64,000 bases of DNA. It comes from Myxococcota bacterium. Lineage in GTDB: Bacteria; Myxococcota_A; UBA9042; PHBI01; JAWLBL01. The stretch covers positions 52,258 through 116,257 of the forward strand of contig JAWLBL010000029.1 in NCBI GenBank assembly GCA_041687695.1, given 5' to 3'. Of the stretch, positions 32,452 to 50,285 are shown one piece after another. Each line of letters starts with the position of its first letter. The stretch's first letter is position 1. A model generated the notes under the pieces. The model was not told the origin of the DNA and did not search any database. It saw only the letters and a list, made by a program, of their open reading frames with translations. Made by a program: the position numbers and the translations under genes.

Positions 32452-33474
32452 TCAGGCGGGCTCGGGGGCGCGGAGGGCCTGCTCGAGGATGGAGGCGGCG
32501 GTCGAGGTGGCGCCGGCGTGCTCGGAGAGGTGGCGGCGGAAGGCGCGGGCGCCGGGCTGGCCGTTGAAGAGGGTCAGCATGGGGCGGGCGACGGTGATGA
32601 GCTTGAGGCCGCGGGCGGTCCAGTCGGCGACGTAGGGGAGCATGGCCTGGGCGACCTCGAGGCGGGTCGGGACCGGGCGCGGGTCGCCGAAGAGCTCGGC
32701 GTCGGCGGTGGCGAAGAGGTAGGGGTCGTCCCAGGCGGCGCGGCCGATCATGACCGCGTCGACGTGGACGAGGTGCTCGCGGGCCTGGGCGAGCGTCAGG
32801 ATGCCGCCGTTGGTCTCGACGACCAGCTCGGGGCGCTCGCGCTTGAGGCGGTGGACCTCGGCGTGGCGCAGGGGCGGGATCTCTCGGTTCTCCTTGGGGC
32901 TGAGGCCGTTGAGCCAGGCCTTGCGCGCGTGCACGGTGAAGCGGTCGCAGCCGGCCGCGGCGACGACGTCGACGAAGCGCAGCATGTCCTCGTAGCGGTC
33001 GAGGTCGTCGATGCCGATGCGGTGCTTGACGGTGACCGGCAGGTCCGTCGCGGCGCGCATCTCGGCCACGCAGTCGGCGACGTACTCGGGGCGCGCCATC
33101 AGGCACGCGCCGAACCGGCCGCTCTGGACGCGGTCGGACGGGCAGCCGACGTTCAGGTTGACCTCGTCGTAGCCGAAGTCCTGCGCGATGCGGGCGCACT
33201 CGGCGAGCGCGCGCGGGTCGTCGCCGCCGAGCTGCAGCGCGAGCGGTCCCTCTTCCGGCGAGAAGCCGAGCAGGTAGTCGCGGTCGCCGTTCAGGATGGC
33301 CTGGGCGGTGACCATCTCGGTGTACAGCAGCGTGTGGCGGGTGATCCGGCGCAGGAACCACCGGAAGTGGCGGTCGGTCCGGTCCATCATGGGGGCGACG
33401 CTGAGCGCGCGCGTCACGCCGCGGCGCCCGCCCTCGCCTGCCTGGACCCGCTGGATGTCGGCGTGGCCTGTCAT
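32452..33474 (-). CDS. dusA: tRNA-dihydrouridine synthase A
   Basis: SVAPMMDRTDRHFR, LQLGG, NLNVGCPSDRV and VHARKAWL.GLSPKENREIPPL; exact start uncertain. Confidence 0.93.
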   Translation of the reverse strand: MTGHADIQRVQAGEGGRRGVTRALSVAPMMDRTDRHFRWFLRRITRHTLLYTEMVTAQAILNGDRDYLLGFSPEEGPLALQLGGDDPRALAECARIAQDFGYDEVNLNVGCPSDRVQSGRFGACLMARPEYVADCVAEMRAATDLPVTVKHRIGIDDLDRYEDMLRFVDVVAAAGCDRFTVHARKAWLNGLSPKENREIPPLRHAEVHRLKRERPELVVETNGGILTLAQAREHLVHVDAVMIGRAAWDDPYLFATADAELFGDPRPVPTRLEVAQAMLPYVADWTARGLKLITVARPMLTLFNGQPGARAFRRHLSEHAGATSTAASILEQALRAPEPA

Positions 33475-33769
33475 GGCGCGCAAGATTGGGCAGAATCGGC
33501 CCCGGGTCAACCTCGACGCGCGCGATTCGCAGACCGAAACATGCGAATGGAAAGCGCTTTCTGGGTCAGCCGCGGCTCTTCCCGCGCCGCCGGACGCGAA
33601 GGGCCCGTCGGCTTGCCATCCTCGGAGGGTCGGCTAAGGTGGAGATCCCGACGAAATAAGTCGCTTGGGCCTCGTTCGCAGCCCCCTGCGGGCACCGTGC
33701 TCGCCTCCTGGCGCCGGCGCGAACCGTTGACTGTTTGAAGGCGTCCAGGGTTTCAGTGAGTGACGAGAC

Positions 33770-34129
33770 ATGGGTACGAAGATCTTCGTGGGTGGCCTGG
33801 CTTGGGCCACGACTGACGACAGCCTGCGCGCCGCCTTCGAGCACCTCGGCGAGGTGACCGACTCGAAGGTGATCATGGACCGCGACACCGGCCGCAGCCG
33901 CGGCTTCGGGTTCGTCAGCTTCGCCGAGTCGAGCTCGTGCCAGCAGGCCATCGAGACGATGGACGGCGCGGTCATCGACGGGCGCAGCGTCCGCGTCAAC
34001 GAGGCCCAGGAGCGCCAGGGCGGCGGCGGCCCGCGCGGCCCGCGCGCCGGCGGCGGGTTCGGCGGCGGCGGCGGCTACGGCGGCGGCGGCGGCCGCGGGC
34101 GCCCCAACGGCAACCGCGAGCGCTGGTAG
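33770..34129 (+). CDS. RRM RNA-binding protein with a Gly-rich tail
   Basis: RNP2 IFVGGL and RNP1 RGFGFV motifs; RGG/Gly tail. Confidence 0.95.
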   Translation: MGTKIFVGGLAWATTDDSLRAAFEHLGEVTDSKVIMDRDTGRSRGFGFVSFAESSSCQQAIETMDGAVIDGRSVRVNEAQERQGGGGPRGPRAGGGFGGGGGYGGGGGRGRPNGNRERW

Positions 34130-34169
34130 CCCACGGAGGCGGCCGGCCCTCGGCGCCGGCGCTGAAAGC

Positions 34170-34204
34170 AGAAGGGGACCCCGCTCGGGTCCCCTTCTTC
34201 GTTT
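34170..34204 (+). terminator. Intrinsic terminator
   Basis: agaaggggaccc-cgctc-gggtccccttct hairpin followed by tcgttt. Confidence 0.7.
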
Positions 34205-34258
34205 CGAACGGCCCGCCGGGGCCGCGTGACGCGCCGCAGGACGGCGCGGGCGCTGCCG

Positions 34259-34603
34259 TCAGGGCCCCTCGGCGAAGGCCTCCCACTCGCCCGGGCCGGT
34301 GTAGCGCGCGAAGCGGTGGGTCTTGGGCAGCTTGGGGCCGTCGGCGACCTTGCAGACCTTGACGTTGGCCGCCGTCGGGCACGAGCCGGTGCCGCCGATC
34401 TTGCACCCGGCGTCGCGGCACTTCCTGCGCGCGTCCGAGGTGTCCTTGCCGCCGCCGTGGCAGTACTTGGCGTCGCCGCACTCGCCGCTGCTGCCGCTGG
34501 TGCAGATGAAGCAGGTGTCGGCGAGGGCCGCCGAGGGGGCGGCGAGGGTCGAGAGCGCCAGAACGAACGCGCTGCAGAGCGCCACGGCGAGTCGCTGGGT
34601 CAT
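34259..34603 (-). CDS. Small secreted protein with 8 Cys in the mature part
   Basis: Signal peptide ending ALA-D; compact Cys-rich domain. Confidence 0.7.
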   Translation of the reverse strand: MTQRLAVALCSAFVLALSTLAAPSAALADTCFICTSGSSGECGDAKYCHGGGKDTSDARRKCRDAGCKIGGTGSCPTAANVKVCKVADGPKLPKTHRFARYTGPGEWEAFAEGP

Positions 34604-34775
34604 ACGAGGTCCCCATTGAGCGGCGGTTGCGACGGGCGGAGGCGCGGACCCGAACCCGCGCTCCGAGACCGAGGCTCCCACCCCCGCCAGGCACCGTCAA
34701 CGGCCGGTCACAGAGCCAGGGGCGCGGTATTTGTAACCGCGCCCCAAACCCTTGAAACCGCGTCACTTCCGGCGA

Positions 34776-43406
<8,631 letters not shown>

Positions 43407-43631
43407 CCCCCACCCCCACGCATGTCGAGTCGTCGAGCGCCCAACCTCGCAGGCGCGGGCCCCGCCGGTCAAGCCGCCCCCCGGCCATCCGGGAGCGCCT
43501 TGGAAACCGCGCAGCACCGCCACATGGTGCAATTTCTCCACACACACCTGTGATCAGATTGTCACACGCCACCCGGCCGCCGCCGCGCCCCCCAGACCCG
43601 CTGGCCCAGCCCGGCCGCCGCGTCCGCCCCC

Positions 43632-43647
43632 TGGCACGCTTCCTGCT
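43632..43647 (+). promoter_or_regulatory. Sigma54-type promoter TGGCACGCTTCCTGCT
   Basis: GG-N10-GC spacing; an upstream palindrome TGTGA-N8-TCACA (43549..43566) could be an activator site. Confidence 0.55.
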
Positions 43648-43714
43648 TCGGCCGCCAGGCGTCCCCAACCCCCAGTCCTCCCGGGGGTTCCACTCCCTCC
43701 CCCGAGGCCTCTCC

Positions 43715-46381
43715 ATGACCCTTCGCCTCTCTGCGGCCCTCAGCGCGCTCCTCGTCGCCGCCGCCCCCCTCGCGGCCTGCGGCGACGACGGCCCCGGCAC
43801 CCCGACCGCCGACACGAGCCCGGACACCACCCCCGACTCGGACCAGCCGGACGCCGAAGACCCCGACGCGACGGACCCCGACGCCTCCGAGCCGGACGCC
43901 ACCGAGCCCGACACCTCGCTGCCCGACGCCACCGAGCCGGACGCCAGCGACCCCGACACGGGCCCCGACGCCGACCCCGACACCAGCGAGCCCGACGCCG
44001 ATCCCGACACGGGCCCCATCGACCCGCCCGGCGACCCGATGGCCACCGAACGCTGGGGCGCCCGCATCTGGGGCGACGTGCGCGGCCTGAGCCTCATCGA
44101 CGGCGAGCTGTGGGTCGGGACGCTGGCGACCTTCGACCCCTACGTCGAGGATCTCATGCACACGGCGCTGCTGCGCCTGGACGTCGCCACCGGCGAGGTG
44201 GCGGTCTACGACGACGAGCTGCCGCTCATCGACGTGAACTTCCCGATCGAGGGCACCATCCCCAGCCCCACCGCGCAGGTGGTCGCCGACGGCGACACGC
44301 GCATCGTGGTGGGCATGACCGGGCTCATCATCAAGGACGGCGAGTCCTTCGAGCTGCTGACGCTGCCGGGCGGCGCCTCGCCCACCCACCTCGCGGTCGA
44401 TCGCGGCGGCGACCGCGCCCACCTGTGGGTGTCGACCAGCCAGGGCCTGGTCCTGCTGGACGCCGACACGTACGAGGTCAAGCAGGAGCTGGGTGCCGAC
44501 GAGCTCGGCAGCGACGAGGTCGGCGCCCTGGCGGTCGACCCGGCCGACGGCGCGGTGTTCGTGGCGCTGTACTCGACGGCCGAGAGCTGGACCAAGGTGG
44601 TCCGCTACATCGACGGGCAGGTGCTGGAGCTGGTCCCCGGCGAGGACGACGTGCCAGAGGGCATCGTCGGCGACATCGTCTGGAGCGACACGCTCGGCGC
44701 GGCGGTCGTCGCGCTGGGCAGCTGGAGCAAGGCCTCGGGCGGCGTCGTGACCTGGGACGGCGAGACGGTGACCCACCTGATGAGCGAGGGGGTCCTGGGC
44801 GCGGCGGCGACCGGCAAGGCGACCGCCTTCGGGGCGCAGCGGCTGGCCCTCGACGAGACCGACGGGGTGCTGCTGGTCGGCGGCACCTTGAAGACCAGCA
44901 TCAACGCGGGCGCGTCGGGCGGCGGCCTGGTCTGGGTCGAGCTGGCGACCGGCAAGATGTACGGCCTGGACAACCAGGGCGGCCTGCCCGGGACCCACGT
45001 CGGGGCGCTGGCCTGGGAGGCCGACACCAACCGCACCTACGCCACGCTGTACGAGCAGTGCAGCGAGTTCAAGCTGCGCGCGCAGGGCGTGTACGCGCTG
45101 AGCTTCCGCGGCGACGGCTCGCTGCGCATCGAGCGCCCCATCCTGTCGGGCGTGCGCTCGCTGGGCGCCGCCGACGGCCGGCTGTTCGCGGGCCTTCGCG
45201 ACGACAACGCGGGCCAGGCTTGCAACGGCTCGACCATCCAGACGGGGCTGGTCGAGGTCATGAGCAACCGCGCGGGCGAGCTGATCCCGCTGAACGTGAC
45301 GCTGGGTGACGCGCTCATCTCGGACGACGCCGGCCCGGTGGCGATGGATCTGACCTCGCCCGAGCACTTCGCCATCGGCACCTTCAAGGACGGCCTGTTC
45401 GTCGGCCACCCCGAGGGCGGCTTCACCATGAACCAGGCCTTCATGCAGCTGTCGCTGTTCACCCACGACGTGGCCTTCGAGGGCAAGAACGTGCTGTGGG
45501 TCGCCGGCAGCGCCACCCACGGCGACATGGACACGCCGAACATGGCGGACCTGGGGCCGCGGGGTCTGGGGCGCCTGACGCTGGCGGACGACGGGACGGT
45601 CACGGGGCACACCCGCTTCGTGAAGGTGGCGGTCGACGACAAGAGCGACGTGGGCGGCCTGCCGACCAGCGAGGTGCGCGACGTGCTGGTGACCGACGAG
45701 GGCGTGTGGGTCGCCTGCGCGACCGAGCGCCTGAGCACGGCCGGGGCCGACTTCGCCCTGGGCGCCGAGTTCCTGCTGAACGGCGAGCCGCGCCTGGGCG
45801 GCGTGGCCTTCATCACGCCCGAGCTCGAGGTCGAGGTGATCGTCGACTCCGAGAACGCGCCGGACCCCTTCGCCCTGGCCATCGCCGACGACGGCGCGCT
45901 CATCATCGCCGACCGCGTCAACGGCCTGCTGCGCTACGCCGACGGCGCGGTGACGGTCATCAGCCCCACCTGGCTGCCCCAAGCCCCCCTGGCCTACGAC
46001 GCCTACTTCGACGAGGAAGGCTGGGTCCTGGCCCTCGACCAGGGCCTGTACGCCCAGTTCGGCCACGAGACCATCGCCACCGACGCCTTCGGCCGCGCCT
46101 TCGACGTGCTGCCCATGGGTGACGGCGCCTTCGCGGTCGGCACGGCCGAGGGCCTGACCTGGCTGCTCCGCGCGGGCGCCTCGGTCCCGACCCTGCTGCC
46201 CCCCGGCGACGGCCTGATGCCGGTCTTCAAGGTCGTCGAGGACGAAGGCGGCCCCAAGGACCCTCCGCCCGACGAGTGCCTGCCCGAGAACTCGGTCTGC
46301 GCCGGCGCCGACGCCGACAAGTGCTGCCCCGGCCTGCAGTGCGTCTTCGTCGGCTTCGCCCCCAACTGCATCCCCGAGTAA
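43715..46381 (+). CDS. Lipoprotein: Asp/Pro linker, beta-propeller body, C-terminal 6-Cys domain
   Basis: Lipobox LAAC; propeller-like repeats (GLP..V.AL, LWV.T..GL); CLPENSVC...KCCPGLQC...NC tail. Confidence 0.75.
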   Translation: MTLRLSAALSALLVAAAPLAACGDDGPGTPTADTSPDTTPDSDQPDAEDPDATDPDASEPDATEPDTSLPDATEPDASDPDTGPDADPDTSEPDADPDTGPIDPPGDPMATERWGARIWGDVRGLSLIDGELWVGTLATFDPYVEDLMHTALLRLDVATGEVAVYDDELPLIDVNFPIEGTIPSPTAQVVADGDTRIVVGMTGLIIKDGESFELLTLPGGASPTHLAVDRGGDRAHLWVSTSQGLVLLDADTYEVKQELGADELGSDEVGALAVDPADGAVFVALYSTAESWTKVVRYIDGQVLELVPGEDDVPEGIVGDIVWSDTLGAAVVALGSWSKASGGVVTWDGETVTHLMSEGVLGAAATGKATAFGAQRLALDETDGVLLVGGTLKTSINAGASGGGLVWVELATGKMYGLDNQGGLPGTHVGALAWEADTNRTYATLYEQCSEFKLRAQGVYALSFRGDGSLRIERPILSGVRSLGAADGRLFAGLRDDNAGQACNGSTIQTGLVEVMSNRAGELIPLNVTLGDALISDDAGPVAMDLTSPEHFAIGTFKDGLFVGHPEGGFTMNQAFMQLSLFTHDVAFEGKNVLWVAGSATHGDMDTPNMADLGPRGLGRLTLADDGTVTGHTRFVKVAVDDKSDVGGLPTSEVRDVLVTDEGVWVACATERLSTAGADFALGAEFLLNGEPRLGGVAFITPELEVEVIVDSENAPDPFALAIADDGALIIADRVNGLLRYADGAVTVISPTWLPQAPLAYDAYFDEEGWVLALDQGLYAQFGHETIATDAFGRAFDVLPMGDGAFAVGTAEGLTWLLRAGASVPTLLPPGDGLMPVFKVVEDEGGPKDPPPDECLPENSVCAGADADKCCPGLQCVFVGFAPNCIPE

Positions 46382-46456
46382 CCCTTCACCCCTGAAACGC
46401 CCAACGCCCGGCCCCCCTGTCCGCAGGAGGCCGGGCGTTGGCCTTTCGAAGCCCCG
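46357..46456 (+). repeat. About 100-bp degenerate direct repeat (gene 3' end plus terminator hairpin), left copy
   Basis: Matches 48535..48631. Confidence 0.8.
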
Positions 46457-46488
46457 TCTGGTCCTGCTCGGACGGCGGCGTTCACGCC

Positions 46489-47229
46489 TCACAGCCGCAG
46501 CAAAGCCCCTCGGACCTCCTCGAGAAACCTAGGGAGACCGCACGCGGCGCTCACCTGCGCCAGTCGTTCGAGCAAGGCCTCGAGGCATGCGGCGCTTCGG
46601 TCGGAGTCGCGGTCCATCAGCTCGTCGTGCACCCGCTTCGCGTCCCGCTCGCCGCCAGCGGTCGAGGTCAGCCGCTCTGGGTGAGTCACGGGATCGAACC
46701 CCAACTGGCGACGGACCTCCTGGTGTCGAGATCGCTCCTCGTCGCTCGACGGCTCGAACGCAGCGATGCGCCACGCCTCCGCCTCTGGATGCATGTCGGC
46801 ATAGACCGCCTGGCACCCCTCGGGGGGCGGACTCTCCACCAACGCGACCTCGAAGCCGGCTCGCCGATCCATGCGATCGCTGTCGCGGGCGATGACGACC
46901 AACTCGAGCGGACGCGGGTCACGCCTGAGGAGGACAAACAGCTTCCGCCACATCAGCGTGTCGGGCGGATGCGCTCCGAAGCGCCCCTGGAGCCTGATGC
47001 CCGCATCGACCGCGCGACGCTTGATCCCGGCCACCGTGAGGAACGGCCGGCCCTCGTGGCGCTCCCACCGTCGCGCCTGATCGATCGTCCCCTGGTCCAC
47101 CCACTCCAGGCTCGGGGACTCTCCGAGCGCCGCCAGGTCGACCAGCACGCGGTCGGTCAGCCGCTGCACGTTCCCAGCCCCGCAGCCATCCTCGGCCACG
47201 GCCAAGAAGTGGAACGTGACGTCATCCAT
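46489..47229 (-). CDS. Hypothetical partner of the AAA ATPase (DUF4276/TOPRIM-like)
   Basis: VAED, VIARDSD and PEAEAW acidic motifs; overlaps the ATPase gene end. Confidence 0.6.
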   Translation of the reverse strand: MDDVTFHFLAVAEDGCGAGNVQRLTDRVLVDLAALGESPSLEWVDQGTIDQARRWERHEGRPFLTVAGIKRRAVDAGIRLQGRFGAHPPDTLMWRKLFVLLRRDPRPLELVVIARDSDRMDRRAGFEVALVESPPPEGCQAVYADMHPEAEAWRIAAFEPSSDEERSRHQEVRRQLGFDPVTHPERLTSTAGGERDAKRVHDELMDRDSDRSAACLEALLERLAQVSAACGLPRFLEEVRGALLRL

Positions 47230-48355
47230 CGCCACGCACCCACGCCTCCCCGACCGCCGACCACCACTCACCTGGGCTCAGGCCCTGCGACAACTCGGCC
47301 GCGTCCGGATGCTCGTCGAGGCGCTTACAGCGCGCGAACCCGTCGTCGCCTATGGCCATGACCCGCACCTCCGACGGGTCGAAGCAGTCGATGAGGTAGG
47401 GCGAGTGGCTGGTGCAGAGGACCTGCAGCGCCGGGTGCTCCCTCTGGACCGAACGGATGGCCTCGATGAGCGTTCGCTGAGCCGTCGGGTGCAGCCCTCG
47501 ATCGAGATCGTCGAGCAGGATGAGCTGGGGCTCGTCGCTCTGATGCAGCACCGTCAGCAAGGCCAAGGCCAGGAGCGTGCCTTCGCTCAACAGGATGGCC
47601 TCGAAGAAGCCCATCCCCTCGAACTCGACCTCGACTCGGTTTCCCCAGACGCTCCGCGGGACGTCCCGCACCATCTGGTTGTCGTCCCACCGGATGGCTT
47701 CTCGCTCGTGGATGGTCACCTCGGCGCGCGGTGTCCTCACACGGACCGCCCGGGGCACCACCCGGCGCAGCGCCTCCTGGATGGCGCGGAATCGGTCCGG
47801 CTCGGTGGCTGCCAGGTGGGCCAACAGGCTGGCGAGCCCGGCGCCATTCGACGCGAGCGTAGGCACCTCGGTTTCGGCGTAGTCGGCGCCCGCCAGCGCG
47901 CGTGAGTCCAGATTCAGAAAGCGGGCGGGGCTGCTCGCGGCCATGAACTCGGCCGCGTACGTGTCGCTCGGGTAGCTCTTCTCGGGCACCTCGTCGGCCC
48001 CGCTGTGAAAGGTGACCCACTCCTCTCCTTCGCGGACCTCGCTCTCCAGTCTTGCGCACACCGTCATCTTCGGCCTGCCCGGCGTGTGGGCCGAAAGGCA
48101 CATGGGCGCTGTCGCCCCGCGGGAGCGGACCTTCTGGAGCGGCCAGTCCGTCCTAAACGTGTCAACGGCTGCGTCCCAAAGCGCGGCCCCTCGCTCGGAC
48201 TGCGCACGCCGAGCCAGGTCCGACCACAACAGCGCCGCGCTCAGCAGGCTGGACTTGCCGCACGCGTTCGGGCCGATGAAGACCGTGAGCGGCTTCAGGT
48301 CCACGTCGACCTGTCGCAGGACGCGAAAGTTGCGAAGCTCGAGTCGGGTCAGCAT
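47222..48355 (-). CDS. ABC/AAA_21-type ATPase
   Basis: Walker A GPNACGKS, LSEGT, Walker B LLDDLDRGLHP and TSHSP. Confidence 0.9.
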   Translation of the reverse strand: MLTRLELRNFRVLRQVDVDLKPLTVFIGPNACGKSSLLSAALLWSDLARRAQSERGAALWDAAVDTFRTDWPLQKVRSRGATAPMCLSAHTPGRPKMTVCARLESEVREGEEWVTFHSGADEVPEKSYPSDTYAAEFMAASSPARFLNLDSRALAGADYAETEVPTLASNGAGLASLLAHLAATEPDRFRAIQEALRRVVPRAVRVRTPRAEVTIHEREAIRWDDNQMVRDVPRSVWGNRVEVEFEGMGFFEAILLSEGTLLALALLTVLHQSDEPQLILLDDLDRGLHPTAQRTLIEAIRSVQREHPALQVLCTSHSPYLIDCFDPSEVRVMAIGDDGFARCKRLDEHPDAAELSQGLSPGEWWSAVGEAWVRGDG

Positions 48356-48534
48356 CACTCACCTCGTCGCGCGCCGGGTTGAACGCCGCGGATTGTAGCG
48401 CCCCGCGGCCCGCTGTCACCCATTGCCATCGCGCGCAGGCCCTGCCCAACCTGACCTGCGGGCTGTCACCGCCCGGCGGCGCCGCCCACGGCGAGGACAT
48501 GGGCCGACCCGACGGGGCGCGAGTTCGCCCACTA

Positions 48535-48631
48535 CGCCCCGAACTGCATCCCGAGGAGTCCTACGTCCCTGGAACGACCAACGCCCGCCCCCCTGTCCGC
48601 AGGAGGCCGGGCGTTGCCGTCTCGAAGCCCC
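48535..48631 (+). repeat. Right copy of the roughly 100-bp direct repeat
   Basis: Matches 46357..46456. Confidence 0.8.
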
Positions 48632-48640
48632 TCTTGCGCC

Positions 48641-49465
48641 TCAGGCGTCGACCAGCTCGGGCGTGGTGGGCGCGGGCGCCTCCGAGCCCGTCTGCCGACG
48701 ACGCCGCGCGAGGCGCAGCTGCCGGCGGTAGCCGCTGGTGAAGAGGTGGTAGATCTCGGGGTGACCGTCCTGCCACAGGTAGGCGGCCGCCGCGCGGATG
48801 CGCTGGATCTCGGCCTCGAGCAGCGTCAGGAAGCGGTTCCTCAGGTCCAGCTCGGCGCGGTCGGGCTTGGGCGCCGGGACCTTGAGCTTCTGCGACAGCT
48901 CCAGCGCCCGGTCGAGCGTGCTGGGGTCGAAGACCTTGACCTTGGCCAGCTCGTCCAGGTTCGCCTGCCCGAGCCGCGCATAGTCGTAGAGCGCCGCCGA
49001 CAGGTTCGCCATCGAGGCGGTGTCGTCGTGCTCGCCGGCGAGCGCGGCGAGCTGCTCATCCTCTTCGGTCTCGACGCCGTCGTCGTAGAGGAACTCGAGC
49101 GTGCGCTTGATCCCCCTCAAGCACCTCTCGCCCTCCTCGAAGTCGCCCCGCGCCCCGCCGGCCTGCCGACCGAACAGCGCCCGATAGCGCTGCTCGTTCG
49201 CCGCCGCCGACAACGTCACGACGCGCTGCACGAGCTGGGGCGGGATCCGGAAGTCGACGTCCTCGAAGCCCGGCGCCCCGGCCTCGTCGTCGCGATGGTA
49301 GTACTGCGCCGCAAAGCGCCCCGTCTCGAAGCCCTCGTCGATGAGGACCTTGTACGGCAGATTGAAGCGCGTCTTGACCGCCTCGGGCGCCAGCGCGCGA
49401 GCCTCGCTCGACAGCACCTCGACGGCCTCTTCGCCCGTCGGCATGACCAACTCGATCCCCGGCAT
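48641..49465 (-). CDS. Hypothetical alpha-helical protein
   Basis: AGGAGG RBS and GC3-biased ORF; no family assigned. Confidence 0.7.
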   Translation of the reverse strand: MPGIELVMPTGEEAVEVLSSEARALAPEAVKTRFNLPYKVLIDEGFETGRFAAQYYHRDDEAGAPGFEDVDFRIPPQLVQRVVTLSAAANEQRYRALFGRQAGGARGDFEEGERCLRGIKRTLEFLYDDGVETEEDEQLAALAGEHDDTASMANLSAALYDYARLGQANLDELAKVKVFDPSTLDRALELSQKLKVPAPKPDRAELDLRNRFLTLLEAEIQRIRAAAAYLWQDGHPEIYHLFTSGYRRQLRLARRRRQTGSEAPAPTTPELVDA

Positions 49466-49595
49466 CGGTTCCTCCTTTGCGCGTAGGTTCTCGGGGAAGG
49501 GTTCGCGACCATGCTTCCGGCCATCTCCCGCCCTGTCAACCCCACCAGCCCCGATCAAGAAACCGCGCGCCCATCCCCGCCCCGCGCCTCCACAC

Positions 49596-49931
49596 CACCC
49601 AGCCGACCCCGCCACACACCCAGCCGACCCTGCCACACACCCAGGCGACCTCGCCACACACCCAGCCGACCTCGCCACACACCCAGCCGACCTCGCCACA
49701 CACCCAGGCGACCTCGCCACACACCCAGGCGACCTCGCCACACACCCAGGCGACCCCGCCACACACCCAGGCGACCTCGCCACACACCCAGCCGACCCCG
49801 CCACACACCCAGGCGACCTCGCCACACCGGTGTGGCGGCCCTCGCCCCCCGGGGTGGCGGCCCTCGCCCCCCTGTGTGGCGACCCTCGCCCCCCTGTGTG
49901 GCGACCCTCGCCCCCCTGTGTGGCGACCCTC
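49596..49931. repeat. Head-to-head tandem arrays: 21 bp x11, then 22 bp x about 5
   Basis: cacccag(c/g)cgacc(c/t)cgccaca units, a palindromic junction cgccaca-ccgg-tgtggcg, then cc(t/g)gtgtggcg(a/g)ccctcgcccc units. Confidence 0.9.
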
Positions 49932-50254
49932 ACCGCCCCCGCGGGCCGCAGGCCCGCTATGGACCGCGCCGGCCATGCCGGCGCTATAGCCCCCGCCGCC
50001 TACTTCGACGCTCTTCCGCGGGCCGCAGGCCCGCTATGGACCGCGCCGGCCATGCCGGCGCTATGGACCGCTCCCCCCGAAACCGTGAGGTCCTCCCCGC
50101 GGGCTTCGCCGCTCCGGGCCGCCCCCGAGAAGGCGACGTGATCGAGATCCGTGTCGCACCAAGGTGTCCCACCTGTCCCGAGATGTCCCGCCCGTGGGAC
50201 ACCACGGGACACCGCATGCCCCCGCAACCACCCTGCATTCCACGACTTCCGCGC

Positions 50255-50270
50255 TGGCACACGCCCTGCT
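50255..50270 (+). promoter_or_regulatory. Sigma54-type promoter TGGCACACGCCCTGCT upstream of the transposase
   Basis: GG-N10-GC spacing, ending 15 bp before ATG 50286. Confidence 0.45.
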
Positions 50271-50285
50271 TCCGGCAGCCGGCCC

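Noticed and set aside
49596..49931. CRISPR array or repeat protein (HPGDLAT, CVARSPG frames)
   Set aside because: No spacers; all frames stay open only because the unit lacks stops; the real ORF starts at 49465 after an RBS.
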